DNA of 55,225 nt, counting the filler, from Dirinaria sp. TL-2023a (Eukaryota), in the NCBI GenBank assembly GCA_051941275.1. It is 5 parts of 5 records of this genome, joined end to end, with 100 filler letters (N's around TTAATTAATTAA, not from the genome) between each part and the next. Parts side by side here need not be neighbours in the genome. Positions count along the whole stretch, not along the records: positions 33,214 to 44,170 come from JAVEBF010000888.1; positions 44,271 to 55,225 come from JAVEBF010000889.1; 3 more parts are not named here. One strand, 5' to 3'. Under the pieces are notes generated by a model. The model was not told the origin of the DNA and did not search any database. It worked only from the letters and a program-made list of their open reading frames with translations. Positions 37,801 through 49,548 of this stretch are shown here, piece by piece (the first letter of the stretch is position 1; the number at the start of each line of letters is the position of its first letter). The position numbers were made by a program, and so were the translations under genes.

Positions 37801-38935
37801 ATAATCTTCCTGTTTGGTGTCTTTGTAAGCGCGAAGAAGTCTTCGGAACACCACTGGAAAGCTCCGCCGGATACTTCCGATGAGTTTTGACAGGTCTGTG
37901 TAGAAGTAAGAGCCTTGTTCCATGGCAGCACGTGAACGTTGCTCCTGATATAGAGTTATGGTTGCACTAGTCAATTGCAGCTGGGTAGTGATAGGACATG
38001 ATAGTCCCATACTTCTTTGCAAAGCGACTTTGGCAAAAGTTCTCAAATCGAGTGGAGGATGATTCGAATCTGAAACTTAGCGGCTCACTGATTTTACGCA
38101 TACAGCACTATGTGACTAGACTTTGGAGGAGTCACAAGACATTTCGGAAGCCCCAGGCTTCGTTCCGAGTGTCACGAGGTCCACGAGATCGTTTCTTGCG
38201 GACGAAGAGGAGCCCTGGCGAGGCGAGCCGGTGGATCCTTTTCCAAGGTCCTAATGTACGACTTATTGTTAACACTTAAATTTACCATCGGTGGAAGAGC
38301 GTCGAATCTCATACGTGTGGACTCTTGAGTGATCCCTTTTTCGCACCTCTGGATAGCGATTACTCGAGCACTTACTGCGGTGAGTCATCTCCATTAACGC
38401 CCACATAATCAAATCCAGCGATGGTTGATGACATCTGACAGGAAGTAATCCACACCACGAGCCGACCACGGATCTCAGTATTGTGGCGTCTCTTGATCAG
38501 AGAGCGCTGGCATCCAATCTCAGAACATTCCCACAATCCTCTTTTACTCTGTAATATATCTGGTACCAGCATGATTAAGTCTAAGAACTTGGAACGTATT
38601 CTGACGGGTATATTGAAGTCTTAGCATCTCCATACCTTTGAGATCTCCATTGGGCAACAATTACGTTGGCTGGGAATTGATGGAAGCATGGTGTTATCCG
38701 TGGGCTTAGGTGCGATCTAACCTCTTTGAATGATCCATGATCCTGCACTTGCAGTGGTACTGCTTGCGTGAGATTTTCGCTCTCGCCGACCAATATCTTC
38801 ATCAAGTGAACGAAATTCGGTAGCTCGTCGGCCAGTCGACTTCTTGGGGTACGTCATTTACTGACTTGTAGACACATAGGCTGCGCACTTTCTTTAGTGC
38901 TATCGGCTACTATTGCGGTTCGATTTCCCCTCACA

Positions 38936-40166
38936 TCAGCAGGTCGTCCTAACATACTGTTTTGCCATACGAGTAAGTTTCTCAGGGCCTGAGTATCGTT
39001 TCGAGAGCTTAAGTATAGTGTAGTACAACTGAATGATTACGCTGTGCACTGTGTCTTTCATGATCATGGTGAGTCCGTGACTAAAGAAGCCTTTCAGCAC
39101 TTCCCCATCGACACCCTGATACAAAGCTCCTATTCCTTCTGTGCGCGCGATATTGTTTACCATGCTGAAAACATTCCTAGATCGTTCAGATCGCATGTTC
39201 GGACCGTACAAACCCTCTTCCGCCGAATCGACCTTAGCGGTATTATCACCGCCAGTCCTGCTAGTTGGCGCTTGAGCACGGGATTTGGCCATGGCAAACG
39301 GGTAGGTGATGGACGAGGCAAGAGCCTTACTAACAGCAGCCAAGAGGAATGTAATCCGCGCTGCAGGTCTCGATTTTTTGTTACTTGGAAGAAGTATACT
39401 TTTAAACAGTTCGTAGAAGAAGAAGGTGAGAGAAGGGTTTAGCGTTAGAACCATCGATGCCGTGTAGCCAGACCAGTAGCCTTGAAAGCCCTGCTTTGAA
39501 TGGATTTGCAACGCGATTGAACCCAGAGACTCATTTTGCGCGTACCTGGATGCGTGTTCCGAGAGCATATTAGAGGCCTGTTTACGTGTTACAATGTTCG
39601 CAACCGGTGTTGTTAAAAGTTTTGAAAAAGCGCCAGCAAGGAAGCCAACGCTGAGCTCATCAAGTACTGGTAGGTAGGATTCAGAAGCTCCTCGTGCACG
39701 GATGCGGCTTTGGCGGAGGAAGGTGTAGGCCAAGAAGAAGAGGAAGGAATCTGCTACGGTTTTGAATGTGTCTGGTACAATGCCGGTGTAGAGGTCAGCG
39801 ATTCCGCCTTCTTTGCTGTATATCTTGACTGCAGCATCAAGGATTGATGTGTATCTTTTTGCACCTTGCTCATTGCTCTCATGGAGTTGCCTTTGCAATT
39901 GAAGTCTTGTGATGATCAGGCCCAGCGGATAGGTAGCCAAATTGGAGATTGCAGCACCGGCAGAGCCTGCCACTCCGTGGCCGAGTGCAGGAAGAGCTGG
40001 ACCGCCTAGTGAGGATCTGGTTCCAGGAGAACGATGTACTTGATGATACAAATCGAAAGCATCCTTGGCCTCAGGTCAGCTTCAGACTCGCTTGTAGAAG
40101 GAGCCGGTGCATTGTGCAAGTGTATAGACGGTTACTTACAAGCTGACTATTATAGACATGCGTCAT
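38936..40166 (-). CDS. Mitochondrial-carrier-family protein, peroxisomal adenine nucleotide transporter-like; 3' end uncertain
   Basis: Exon 1 40166-40140 (MTHVYNSQL), intron GTAAGT...CTGAC...AAG, exon 2 from 40063 (DAFDLYHQ). Three carrier motifs: YPLGLIITRLQ, TPVANIVTRKQ, YPFAMAKSRAQ, plus LTLNPSLTFF. A possible further intron starts at 38957. Confidence 0.85.
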
Positions 40167-41586
40167 GATGGAAGTGGTAAGATTCAGAGGGTGGTAGTCA
40201 TGGCCAAGGTAAATATACTCAAGCTCGCATGGCAGACAAGTACAAACCAATCCTTGAAGACGGGGAAGTCGTATGTCAGTTCTTTCGTGTATGATGCATC
40301 CTATACACACTGTCTCGTCGTATATATAAGATAGTCTTGATCTTGGCGAAGCCAAGCCAGCCAAGCCATCCTCCTTCTGCCATCCTCTTCTCCTTCGATA
40401 CTATCGTCATTGCACCGTTAGTAGTATTGTGTACTCGGTGTGCATCTGATTTATGGATCATAGTTTCATCTTGCAATAGAAATGCAGCACTGATCGGATC
40501 GATTTCGAATCTCAGAACGCCGAAACAGCAGGACTTACTAGTAGTCTCTTGAACCTGCAAATCCCCTCCCCCTGAGCAAACACCGCAACGGATATCCTAC
40601 TCAACGGCGAATGGATGAAACAGTGACTTACGGCTTTGTATCTTCGCCAGTCTGTATGATTGAACATGTCGACAGAGTCAGCCTTGTGGATTCGTCTCCG
40701 CCACCCGGGCTTCGGTCCCACAACAAAGTGTAGCCAAGGCATGGAGTGCCTAGGAATTGTTTCTACATCGGCAACACGTCTTGGTTGCTACAAAAGAGCC
40801 TGAGCTTCATTGTAAGATCTTGCCATACAAGCCATACCAGGCGACGAAAACGTTCTCGTCATGGCTTTGCGAAGCGACAATAGCCGATTCTTACTGCAAG
40901 CTCGGCGTTGCTATCGTCCAGGTCAAATCCTCCGATCGAAAGCCAGCCTGATTTGTTTTCTATCTCTTGCTCAATCTTCTCAAAGATTCGAATGATCCAG
41001 ATCAGTTGCTGTGGCTGTTCTTCGGCGCCTTGAGGTAAGGTATATCCGTGCTACTCCAGTGAGATCATGGTCTTGTACAGACCTTTAGGTACGCCGCGCC
41101 AGATAGTGACCACATACATTTCATGCGCCTTGCACATTGAAATTTGAAGCGACCGCTTGCGAGTCTTGAAACCCCTTCTTGAAAATGCCGGTGTCGGTAG
41201 CCTAAATACTATCCTGCGAGCTACTAGCGGCCAAAACTGACACGGCTTACCCAACTGGACGGGATTCTTGTCTGCGCTGGCAAGCCTGTCCTCATCAATA
41301 AGCATAAGTAAGACTAAGATTCAGAATAGAAATCCAGACCTAGAGTAAAAGATTTAAGTGTTGAGCAGACATACAACTCCAGGAGAGTGTATTAGTGCCA
41401 TGCCTCTGAAGTGACTTATCTTCTTTTGTAATCTTCTTTTGTATAACACGAGGACCCCCATTCACTTTCTTTCCTTGTCTCTTACACCTTCAGAACCCCT
41501 CAACGCAAGCCATAGCATGATAGCACATCGTCTTTGAAACAGTCTTCCCTTTACTTGCAGCGTCTGGCTCTCGAAGCCATTACAGA

Positions 41587-43659
41587 ATGGCTCCGAGAGC
41601 CTTCCTGAACGGTCTACCCACGGTGCCGCTGAGCGAACTGGATGCACAAGAGCAACAGTGCAGCATCTGCCTCACCGCGTACGGACCACCTACCACAAGC
41701 ACCGAGAACCCGCCAGAGCAACCACGACGACTTCCCTGTTCGCACGTCTTTGGTGCCAAATGTTTAGCGACCTGGCTTCGAGACCGTAACACGTGCCCTC
41801 TGTGCCGTGTAGTGCTCTTTCCGAGGGAGCAGTCAAGCATTGGTGCATCTTTCCCTGGCTTTATCTATCCGATGCCTATAGAGACCCGAACTCGCGTCAT
41901 ACGTGCGTCGGAATACGACGCAATACGGCAGCGTGGGATAGATCTGAGCCCTTTGATGCACTACGAGTATGCCTCAAATGAGTCCCAAGGGAGAATCATC
42001 GTCACGAGGATGCGTATCATGGAAGAGCATCACCTACAACGCAACAGAGCCATTGCTGAGCGTTCGAACACCATGGATACGCGTGATATTGAACAGCAGC
42101 ATCTCGAGCGCTTCATAGCTAATGCTCAGCTTTCAGACACCATGGGTACGCATGCCATGGGAGAGCAGCATTTACAGCGCCATAGGACCACTACTGAGCG
42201 TTTAAATCGATGGCGACCCAATCTTTCAGAACAGCTCAATACCCCTGGCTCAGGAAGAGATGATTTGGATACTGGGAGTAGCGCCATTGATAGGCTTGAG
42301 CCTGGGGCTGGTGCCTCGGAAGAGAGTATGGGAGAAGCAAGCAGAAGAGATAGATCTAGGGGAAGCCCAAGGATTGAAGAGATGTTGAACTTAGCTGAAG
42401 CCGCACACCCATCTAACTCTGCACATCGACAGACATCATCACAGCCAAACTCATCCAGGACCTCAGTAACCAATGTGCCTGGAACTGACTCAGCTGAGAT
42501 CCATGAGAGAGTAAGGAATCCTTCAGCAGCAGTCAGAGCATAACTAAATTCAGAACAGACGATCTCATATGCAGTCAGCTCGAGATTGACGTTCCCTGCT
42601 CGTAATGTGCCGAGAGTGGACACGACCCAAACAGCTAGAACCGCTCGAGCATCAGCAGGAGCTAGACCGCAGAGACCGCCCTCAGCAAGTCCGTCTTCTG
42701 AAACTTCAGCAGCTGTTCGGGCAAGCTATGTGCAAACACGCTCTGCATACTCAAGAGAAAACTCTGAGGGTTCATCACGCATTTCGGAGTCCACAGAATC
42801 TCGACAAGAGCGTGCGAGCCTTGCATCTGCACGAGCAAATATTCGTCATCGTTTACTCGTTTCAGAGCTCACAGAGTCTCGACAATCACATACGAGCCGT
42901 GCACATGCACAGTCGAATCCTCGGAGTTCATCACTTATTTCAGAGTCCACAGAGTTGCGACAATCCCATACAAGCTCCACAATGTTGAGCAACCCAGCAG
43001 GCATTCATTGGAGATCTCCGTCTCAGCCAACATTCGACCCCACTAATCCACCATCACATAACCTTGATACTAGATGTCCGGCTCTGCCTAGTTCTGTATT
43101 GAATGAATGGAATCGTTCGCAAATCCAAACATCGATCTCCACCGTTTCGTCAAGCCGCCGTTCGTTTGAGCGCAATCGTCTCGACCATTCAGTTTCTCGT
43201 CTTGCTCCTGCTACCTTAGCTCAAGGAGAAGCAGAAGAAGCAACGAGTGCTGAACCAGGCTTGAGGCAGCGCTCCAGAGTAGTGACGATGGAAAACATTA
43301 CAACTAGGACCTCACATAGCCGCCATAGATCTGTTGGTAGCATTGCTCATCGTTGGAATCCTTCTACTCCCCCTCTCTCGGCAATCCGACCAAGGCGGGA
43401 AGAACAAGAGACTTCTGTCCAACCAACTTTGAGGCGGCACTTGTCACAAAGCACGGCTCAAAATGATCCGCACTTTTCTCGTTCAACTCTAAGCACTCGA
43501 TCAGAGCTCGTTGAATCGAGTTCGAGGCGACATTCCAGAGAAGTGACGAGGCAAGATGATGTTGAATCTCGCCGCGAAGTGACGAGCCGCTACGTTGGGT
43601 TTCCTCCTCTCTACCAACCTGACCCTCGATGGATGATGCCGCGTTCTCGTCGGCCATAA
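41587..43659 (+). CDS. RING-finger protein with a long disordered repeat-containing tail, interrupted by an in-frame TAA at 42541
   Basis: CSIC...LPCSHVFGAKCLATWL...TCPLCR RING. ORFs 41587-42543 and 42544-43659 are in the same frame. Internal repeats of 23 aa (about 42010-42210) and 26 aa (42781-42975). Confidence 0.75.
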
Positions 43660-43793
43660 AAAACCTCGCCAACTCATCGTAAGACCGAAGGGAGAAGGGA
43701 GTCTGCTTTATGCTACAAGATCAGCCATAACGGAAACAAGAACTATCGGGATAGAGGGAAACATATAGAACGGGTGCCAAAGAGGGAGAATGA

Positions 43794-43859
43794 TTTGCAA
43801 AAGAAGCTCTTGTGGTTTGCACACCAAGCTCTTGCAATTTGCCAAAAAAGCTCTTGCTG
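43794..43859. repeat. Non-coding tandem repeat, 3 x 22 bp
   Basis: TTTGCnnnnnAAGCTCTTGnnn units start at 43794, 43816 and 43838, between convergent gene ends. Confidence 0.8.
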
Positions 43860-43972
43860 TGGCGTGGCCATATTTACTCGTAATCTAGATTACTTTGCAT
43901 ACTGCGCTCATCCATAGATCAATACGCTTACTCGCTAAGAATCTCTCCATCTTCCTTCCCCTTTACCTCAAG

Positions 43973-44170
43973 TCACAGAGTAGCACCATTACTCCTCCTC
44001 TTCTTCTTCCCCGCAACTGTCGTTGCCCCCTGCACATCACTCCGAGTAGAGAACTGCATCGACACCACCGCTCTCGCCGGCAGCTCCAACGCCACAGTCC
44101 CATCCTTCTGAACAGCCGGCACAGGAACCACAGACTCCCAATCCCTCTCCTCGGTCGTCTGCGCCACGCC
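43973..44170 (-). CDS. 3' end of a gene truncated by the contig end (beta-rich tail, possibly a glycoside hydrolase C-terminal sandwich)
   Basis: Open from the contig edge: AQTTEERDWESVVPVPAVQKDGTVALELPARAVVSMQF. The LPARxVV pattern resembles GH30/GH5-type C-terminal strands (weak). Confidence 0.4.
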   Translation of the reverse strand, partial: GVAQTTEERDWESVVPVPAVQKDGTVALELPARAVVSMQFSTRSDVQGATTVAGKKKRRSNGATL

Positions 44171-44270
44171 NNNNNNNNNNNNNNNNNNNNNNNNNNNNNN
44201 NNNNNNNNNNNNNNTTAATTAATTAANNNNNNNNNNNNNNNNNNNNNNNNNNNNNNNNNNNNNNNNNNNN
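44171..44270. other. Artificial contig spacer
   Basis: 44N-TTAATTAATTAA-44N. Confidence 0.97.
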
Positions 44271-44777
44271 TGGCGAGGCGATCCTTCTATCGCTTCTTAT
44301 TCGGCGAGTAAATTCGCACTCGAAGGCAAGACTGAAACCTCGAACCAGAAATGGCAGCAGAATCCACATAGCTAACAGGAGCCTTTCGTAGGACTTGTCG
44401 AAAGCCTGTCCCAGGAAACGGCCGCTTCTGGCATCCGATGTCGGATCTTCGAACCTGGTCTTTTCCGCACTCAGGCCTTTAGCCCTCACGCGATTCAGCA
44501 TAAGAGTCCACAGAGTACGGACTATAAGGGCTTGGATGACTGGGTGCAGAATTATTTGAAAATTACTTATGGTAATGAACCAGGAGATCCGAAGAAAGCG
44601 GTTGAGAGAGTGATTGATGTGGTTAAAGGGGAGGGCTTCGCTGAGGGAAGAGAAACGGATGTGCCCATTCGATTGCCGTTAGGGAATGATGCATTGCAAG
44701 TATTGAAAGGGAAGTCGGAAGCTACATTGAAGATTTGTGAGGATTGGGAGAGTTTGATCACCAGTACAGATCTTTGA
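44271..44777 (+). CDS. Short-chain dehydrogenase/reductase, 5'-truncated
   Basis: WRGDPSIASYSASKFALE|GLVESLSQE...GIRCRIFEPGLFRT...EPGDPKKAVERVIDVVKGEG...IRLPLGNDA, with catalytic YxxxK. Requires intron 44326-44391. Confidence 0.9.
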
Positions 44778-45969
44778 GGAACTCAATAGTGGTAGAGGAA
44801 ATAGATCCAGGCTATGTTCTAGTTCCGGAGTTGGAAGTTGAGAAACAATAAGGTCAATACCTCAGCCTGCTAATCTGTAGAAGCTGCCGATAACGACATG
44901 AAAAGTCTGCGTGGCATTATCTCAGGCGATACGCCTCCTGAAGACACCGAATCAGAACCATGTTCCCGCGCTCGAAGAATACACAGGTAACCTAGTGATC
45001 ACACTCTTCCTGTAAAATCGCCCCCAACACTGTCCCTCTGACTGCGTCATCCTTTAGCTGTACAGCGTAATCCAGCCCATTTAAATTTCTCATACCTTTT
45101 TTGATTTAACGTCAGGCACACTGCTTTTGCATACCCTGATTAAGTTTCGAGATAAGCCAAACCCACTGAAGAAGAAGACAATATTCGCAATGAAGGATCT
45201 AGACGTAGTTCTCATGAGATTCTTCAATTTAAAAATCTTGGAATAGCCTGTGTTGAACTGCTCATAGCTGGAGAATAATCTCCCATGGAACAGAGGTTGC
45301 AAACATGTCCGATTGTCCGCAGATAAGAAGGCGAATTGTTGGTAAAAGTGCTTGGCTAACGTAGTAGGATGCCGCAAAAGGGGTAACGGACCACGCTTAG
45401 CTTAAAGCAAAAAAGGACAATCTGGAGTCTAGAAACTCGAATCTCATGTTCAAATCATTGTAAACAAAGAGCCATCTGGCCCACTAGGTGATTGAGTCCG
45501 CAATTCTCATTTATAGGACTCGGCTCGCTGCTACTTCGGGACGGATATCAGGACGCGGATTTTGGTCGGGACACTCACTCATATTTTCACCTATTGAAGA
45601 TACTTCGTTCATCAATACTTTCGTTTCGAACTTGATCGAAGTGAATCAAGATGAAGACCTAGGCAAATGTTGTTAATCTTGGACGGCCATGGACAATAAG
45701 ACAGAAAAGCGAAACACAAGCCGAAGGTGAACTACACATATGTCACTCAGCGTGGTCCCAAAAGTCGCGAGGTAATGCGAAGCGCGCCTGAGTTCTGTCA
45801 AGACCCACTCCAACCTCATCCATCCACAGCAACTTGTTTTTGCAGCTGATGATGTCCTGAATCTCATTGTGCGCTCTCGAACGCCTACCGAGAGTCATCA
45901 TTGACTACAGGTATGTGAAATATCTATTATCGCACATCGCGCGTCTCACTTTTCTTTAGGTCAGACAAC

Positions 45970-47316
45970 ATGGCAGAGCTGACAGGGCGCTCACCTGAAG
46001 AGCCGCGTGTCTCGACCAAACCCTCAAAGATTTATGACTTGTTCGACCTTCGGTCTAACTATCCTATTAGTGCACACATATGTCGGCTATTGGGCATCTC
46101 TGATATCATAAACCTCACCAGGACATGCAGTCAATTCTCCAATCTCTACAAGTCCTTGCTCCCCTCGCAGTGGAACGTTAACAGACGACTGGCAAGATTT
46201 GTCAAAAATATCACTGGCTTCAGGAACCAGATGGCCAAGAGTGACGCATTGATTGCTGGGAGCTTCGCTGTCCAATTCTTCAATAGGGTCTCATGGTTCA
46301 ATTCAGATCTCGATATCACTATCCGACATAATTCGGAGGAGTTTGAGCAGTATCTCTGCCGTAACGAGGGTTACAAGGTAATCAGAGCGACTGAGGGGAG
46401 GAGATACAACATGTTCTGCGTCAACAAGGTATAGTCCCTGTCATCCTCACAAGCCATGCCATGCTATCAATTCCTGTCAGCGTCATGTGAGGTGTTCCTT
46501 ATACTAATGCTGAGTTTTCAGATCCGTACCTTTATTAGACGACCGCCCAACGCCCCAAAGACTATGATCCAGCTCTGCATATCGACTGGTAACCCTGTAG
46601 AGCAAATTCTCAGAGGTTCTTACAGTACCCACGTCATCAATTTCATCAGTTGGAACAAGGCGTATGCGGTTTTTCCTCGCCCTACCTTTGTCAAGAAAAA
46701 GGGATACATGCTGCAGGAACTTAACGAGCATCTCGGCGAGCATCTTGCAAAGTACCACAAACGTGGCTGGAAGATTCAGGACAGGGTCTGGGAAGGAGAA
46801 AATCCTGTTCCTGCTCTTGAAGGTTTAAGACTCGTGGGAGATCATCATACTTGGATCATTCAACTTGATACTACGGGCATTGAGATATCTAAGATTCCGG
46901 ACTTTGTGCTTGACTATACCCAATTTCGGGTCGAAATGTCTCGAAACACTCAAAATGACTTTGTGGAAAGATCGAGTCATTTGGAACACTACCACGTCGA
47001 TACATGGAGCATACGTGGAGAGGTGCTCAGGTATGAATACTTGTGCGCTTCCCATGAGTGGTACGACTTCGTTAGGGACAGGGTACTTCGTTTGACGGAG
47101 CTGGAGCTTTTCAAGGAAAATCCATCGTTAAGGCCACACAATTTCAGGGATCTCATCCGTAATCCCTCATCGCCGGCGTGGGAAAATTTTCCCAAAACGG
47201 CGCGATGGACGTACTATGATGAGGAGATCCCAACTTGGTATTCGCAATGGCGAGCACTGGGCTATTGGAAGACATGTTGGAAGGAATTTGGACGCTCCAG
47301 CTTTGTTACTGACTAA
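45970..47316 (+). CDS. F-box protein with a nucleotidyltransferase-like (GS...DxD) domain, paralogue A, 2 coding exons
   Basis: Exons 45970-46428 and 46522-47316. F-box-like ISAHICRLLGISDIINLTRTC, then LIAGSFAVQFFNRVSWFNSDLDITI, YSTHVINFISWNKAYAVFP and KYHKRGW. Probable 5'UTR intron at 45911-45959. Confidence 0.85.
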
Positions 47317-47773
47317 GCTAATTCAAGGCCGAATTGCTGGTTACTTTCCTGTGTACGACGGGAGAAGGCTTGTTGTATAAGCCACCTGCCTGTCATAGCT
47401 GAAGATCATCCATGCTAGGTTTTCATATGCTATTCTTCTCGCTACCTGCCTTATCAATTCAATTCCAATCAAAATATCGACCTTCTCCGAAGTTCCCAAG
47501 GTATCGTTCGCTCGTGGGTGTAGAAAGCGACGAATTTCGTCCTGTGGCATTTTCACCATCGGATATGGGCAGTCCACAAATGTGCAAGCCGTGAAGAAAC
47601 ATCATTCCTCGTGAGCCAATAGTCCAAATATTATTTCGGCCAAATCATGGGGATTTTCCGGTATACATGCTCCTTCCCAGGTATCCAGAAGCAGCGAGGT
47701 GTTTTGAAGTACTAGTACAGTATGTGGTGGAGATATCAGTCACTCGATACCCATAGGGCTGATTCGAGGTACT

Positions 47774-47814
47774 CGTACCGAAGTCGTACCGAAGTTGTAC
47801 CGAAGGCGTACCGA
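47774..47814. repeat. Tandem repeat, about 4 x 11 bp (CGTACCGAAGT)
   Basis: Units start at 47774, 47785, 47796 and 47807, about 315 bp upstream of paralogue B. Confidence 0.85.
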
Positions 47815-48128
47815 TGAATATCCGAAATGCGCCTTGAGACTCTGCCAAGCCTCACCCAAAAGTTCCTGCACATGGAATTAAACCCCAAACCGAATGTTCT
47901 CAATTTATCTACACAACGCAGATTGCCTTTTCGATGCCATTGGAATCTGTGGCATACACACGCGCGATCAATCAATTACAAGATTGACTGTTACCAAAAA
48001 CTAGGATCTGACCAGACAGTCATATCAAGCGTCAATAGAGCGGTGCTTAATCCCTCAAAGCACCTCATGTTAATGGGCCTCACGAGCTCCGAAGTGTTTC
48101 GATTCAGTTCAATTATCCCTCGGCCACA

Positions 48129-49543
48129 ATGTCATCTTCAAGTAATCAGCCCGCAACGCTTTTCAAACGATCAAGATTGCACGATGATGCACCATCTGCG
48201 AAAAGGCCACGGTTTGATGAGCAAATTCAACCACCGTCGCCTACCCCAAAAACCACAGTCTTTGATGTCTTAGACCATGATGCTCGTTATACTATATTTG
48301 AAAGCATCGCTTCTCTCCTCAATATTGCTGATATTGCCAGCTTGTCAAGGACTTGTAAACAGCTTTCTTCATTCTATCAAGCTCTTCTGCCCGCGCACTG
48401 GAATGTCGATCGTCGTCTCCGTCGCTTTGTCCGAGATCCGAAAGCGCTAAGAAGTCAAATGGGAAGACATGACGCGCTGATATCGGGCAGTTTTGCGGTG
48501 CAATTTTTCGAGCGCGTGACTTGGAAGGAATCCGATTTGGATATCTTCGTCGAACAAAGGCAGGGTGCAATAGCTTTGGAGAACCATTTATGTAAGAAGG
48601 AAGATTACGACTTCGTTCGGGAGGGAAATGTCCAAGAATATCTTGATGTGAACGGGATCTTATCGGTATGTGTATCTCCGAGCTTCATTCTCTGGGTGGA
48701 CACTTACTCACATCGAGTTCAATCTAGATTCGAACACTGATTATGCAGAGGCCGGACTCGACAGAGGCAAAGGTGCAGCTCATACAAACAAAACATCAGC
48801 CGCTGCTCGAGATCCTCAGAGGTTTCTACACCACGCTTGTGGTCAACGTCATCACTTGGAATAAGGCTTATGCCCTTTTTCCGCAACCAAGCTTCGTCCA
48901 CCACAAGGCCTATATGCTCAAGCCTATCAACGACTATTTTGGCAAACTAGTTGCAAAGTATGATATGCGTGGTTGGACTTCCCAGGGTATAGTTTGGCCT
49001 GAAGATAAGGCTTCACATGGATCGATACTGGAACATCGAAGACTTGGCGATCGTTTCACGTGGACTGTACCATTCAATACGGAAGGTGTTCGTCATGCAG
49101 CGCAGCCGGACTCAGTACTTGAGTACTCAAACTTTCGTCTCCTAGAAGCCACTCATAGCCCAGTTGGCACCCTCCGAGCATCTGCGGACGAGTTTCTAAT
49201 TCCTACCAGGAACCATAACTTAGCAGGCTTCTACCGAGTAAGAGGTGGAGTTTTCAAAGCTTTGACCCTGAAATACCGTTACATCAGCGCAGATGCCGAG
49301 GGTTTCTGGTACCGCTTTGCCGGGCCGAGATTAGAAAAGCTAAGTTATATAGAACTCTACAAAACCGCATCATCAGCGCGGCCTCAGTCTCTTATGGATG
49401 ATGTGGAGAGCGATAGTCCCCTCTACGACCTGTGTAGTAAAGTGGACCGTTGTGGTATCGCAATACCCAGTTATGACCATGAGATTCCGGGTTGGTACGC
49501 GACGTGGGAGAGACAGCTCGCTTCCGAGGCCCAGAACACTTGA
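48129..49543 (+). CDS. F-box protein with a nucleotidyltransferase-like (GS...DxD) domain, paralogue B, 2 exons
   Basis: Exons 48129-48665 and 48728-49543. IFESIASLLNIADIASLSRTC, LISGSFAVQFFERVTWKESDLDIFV, FYTTLVVNVITWNKAYALFP and KYDMRGW. NLS-like AKRPR near the N-terminus. Confidence 0.85.
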
Positions 49544-49548
49544 CCATC

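Noticed and set aside
35234..38805. ORFs of 60-174 aa upstream of the KEP gene as tailoring enzymes
   Set aside because: No HxxHC (DUF3328), peptidase, oxidase or transporter motifs were seen in the translations.
33214..49543. A cluster linking the KEP precursor with the SDR and the F-box/NTase genes
   Set aside because: They lie on different contigs joined by an artificial spacer, so the adjacency is meaningless.
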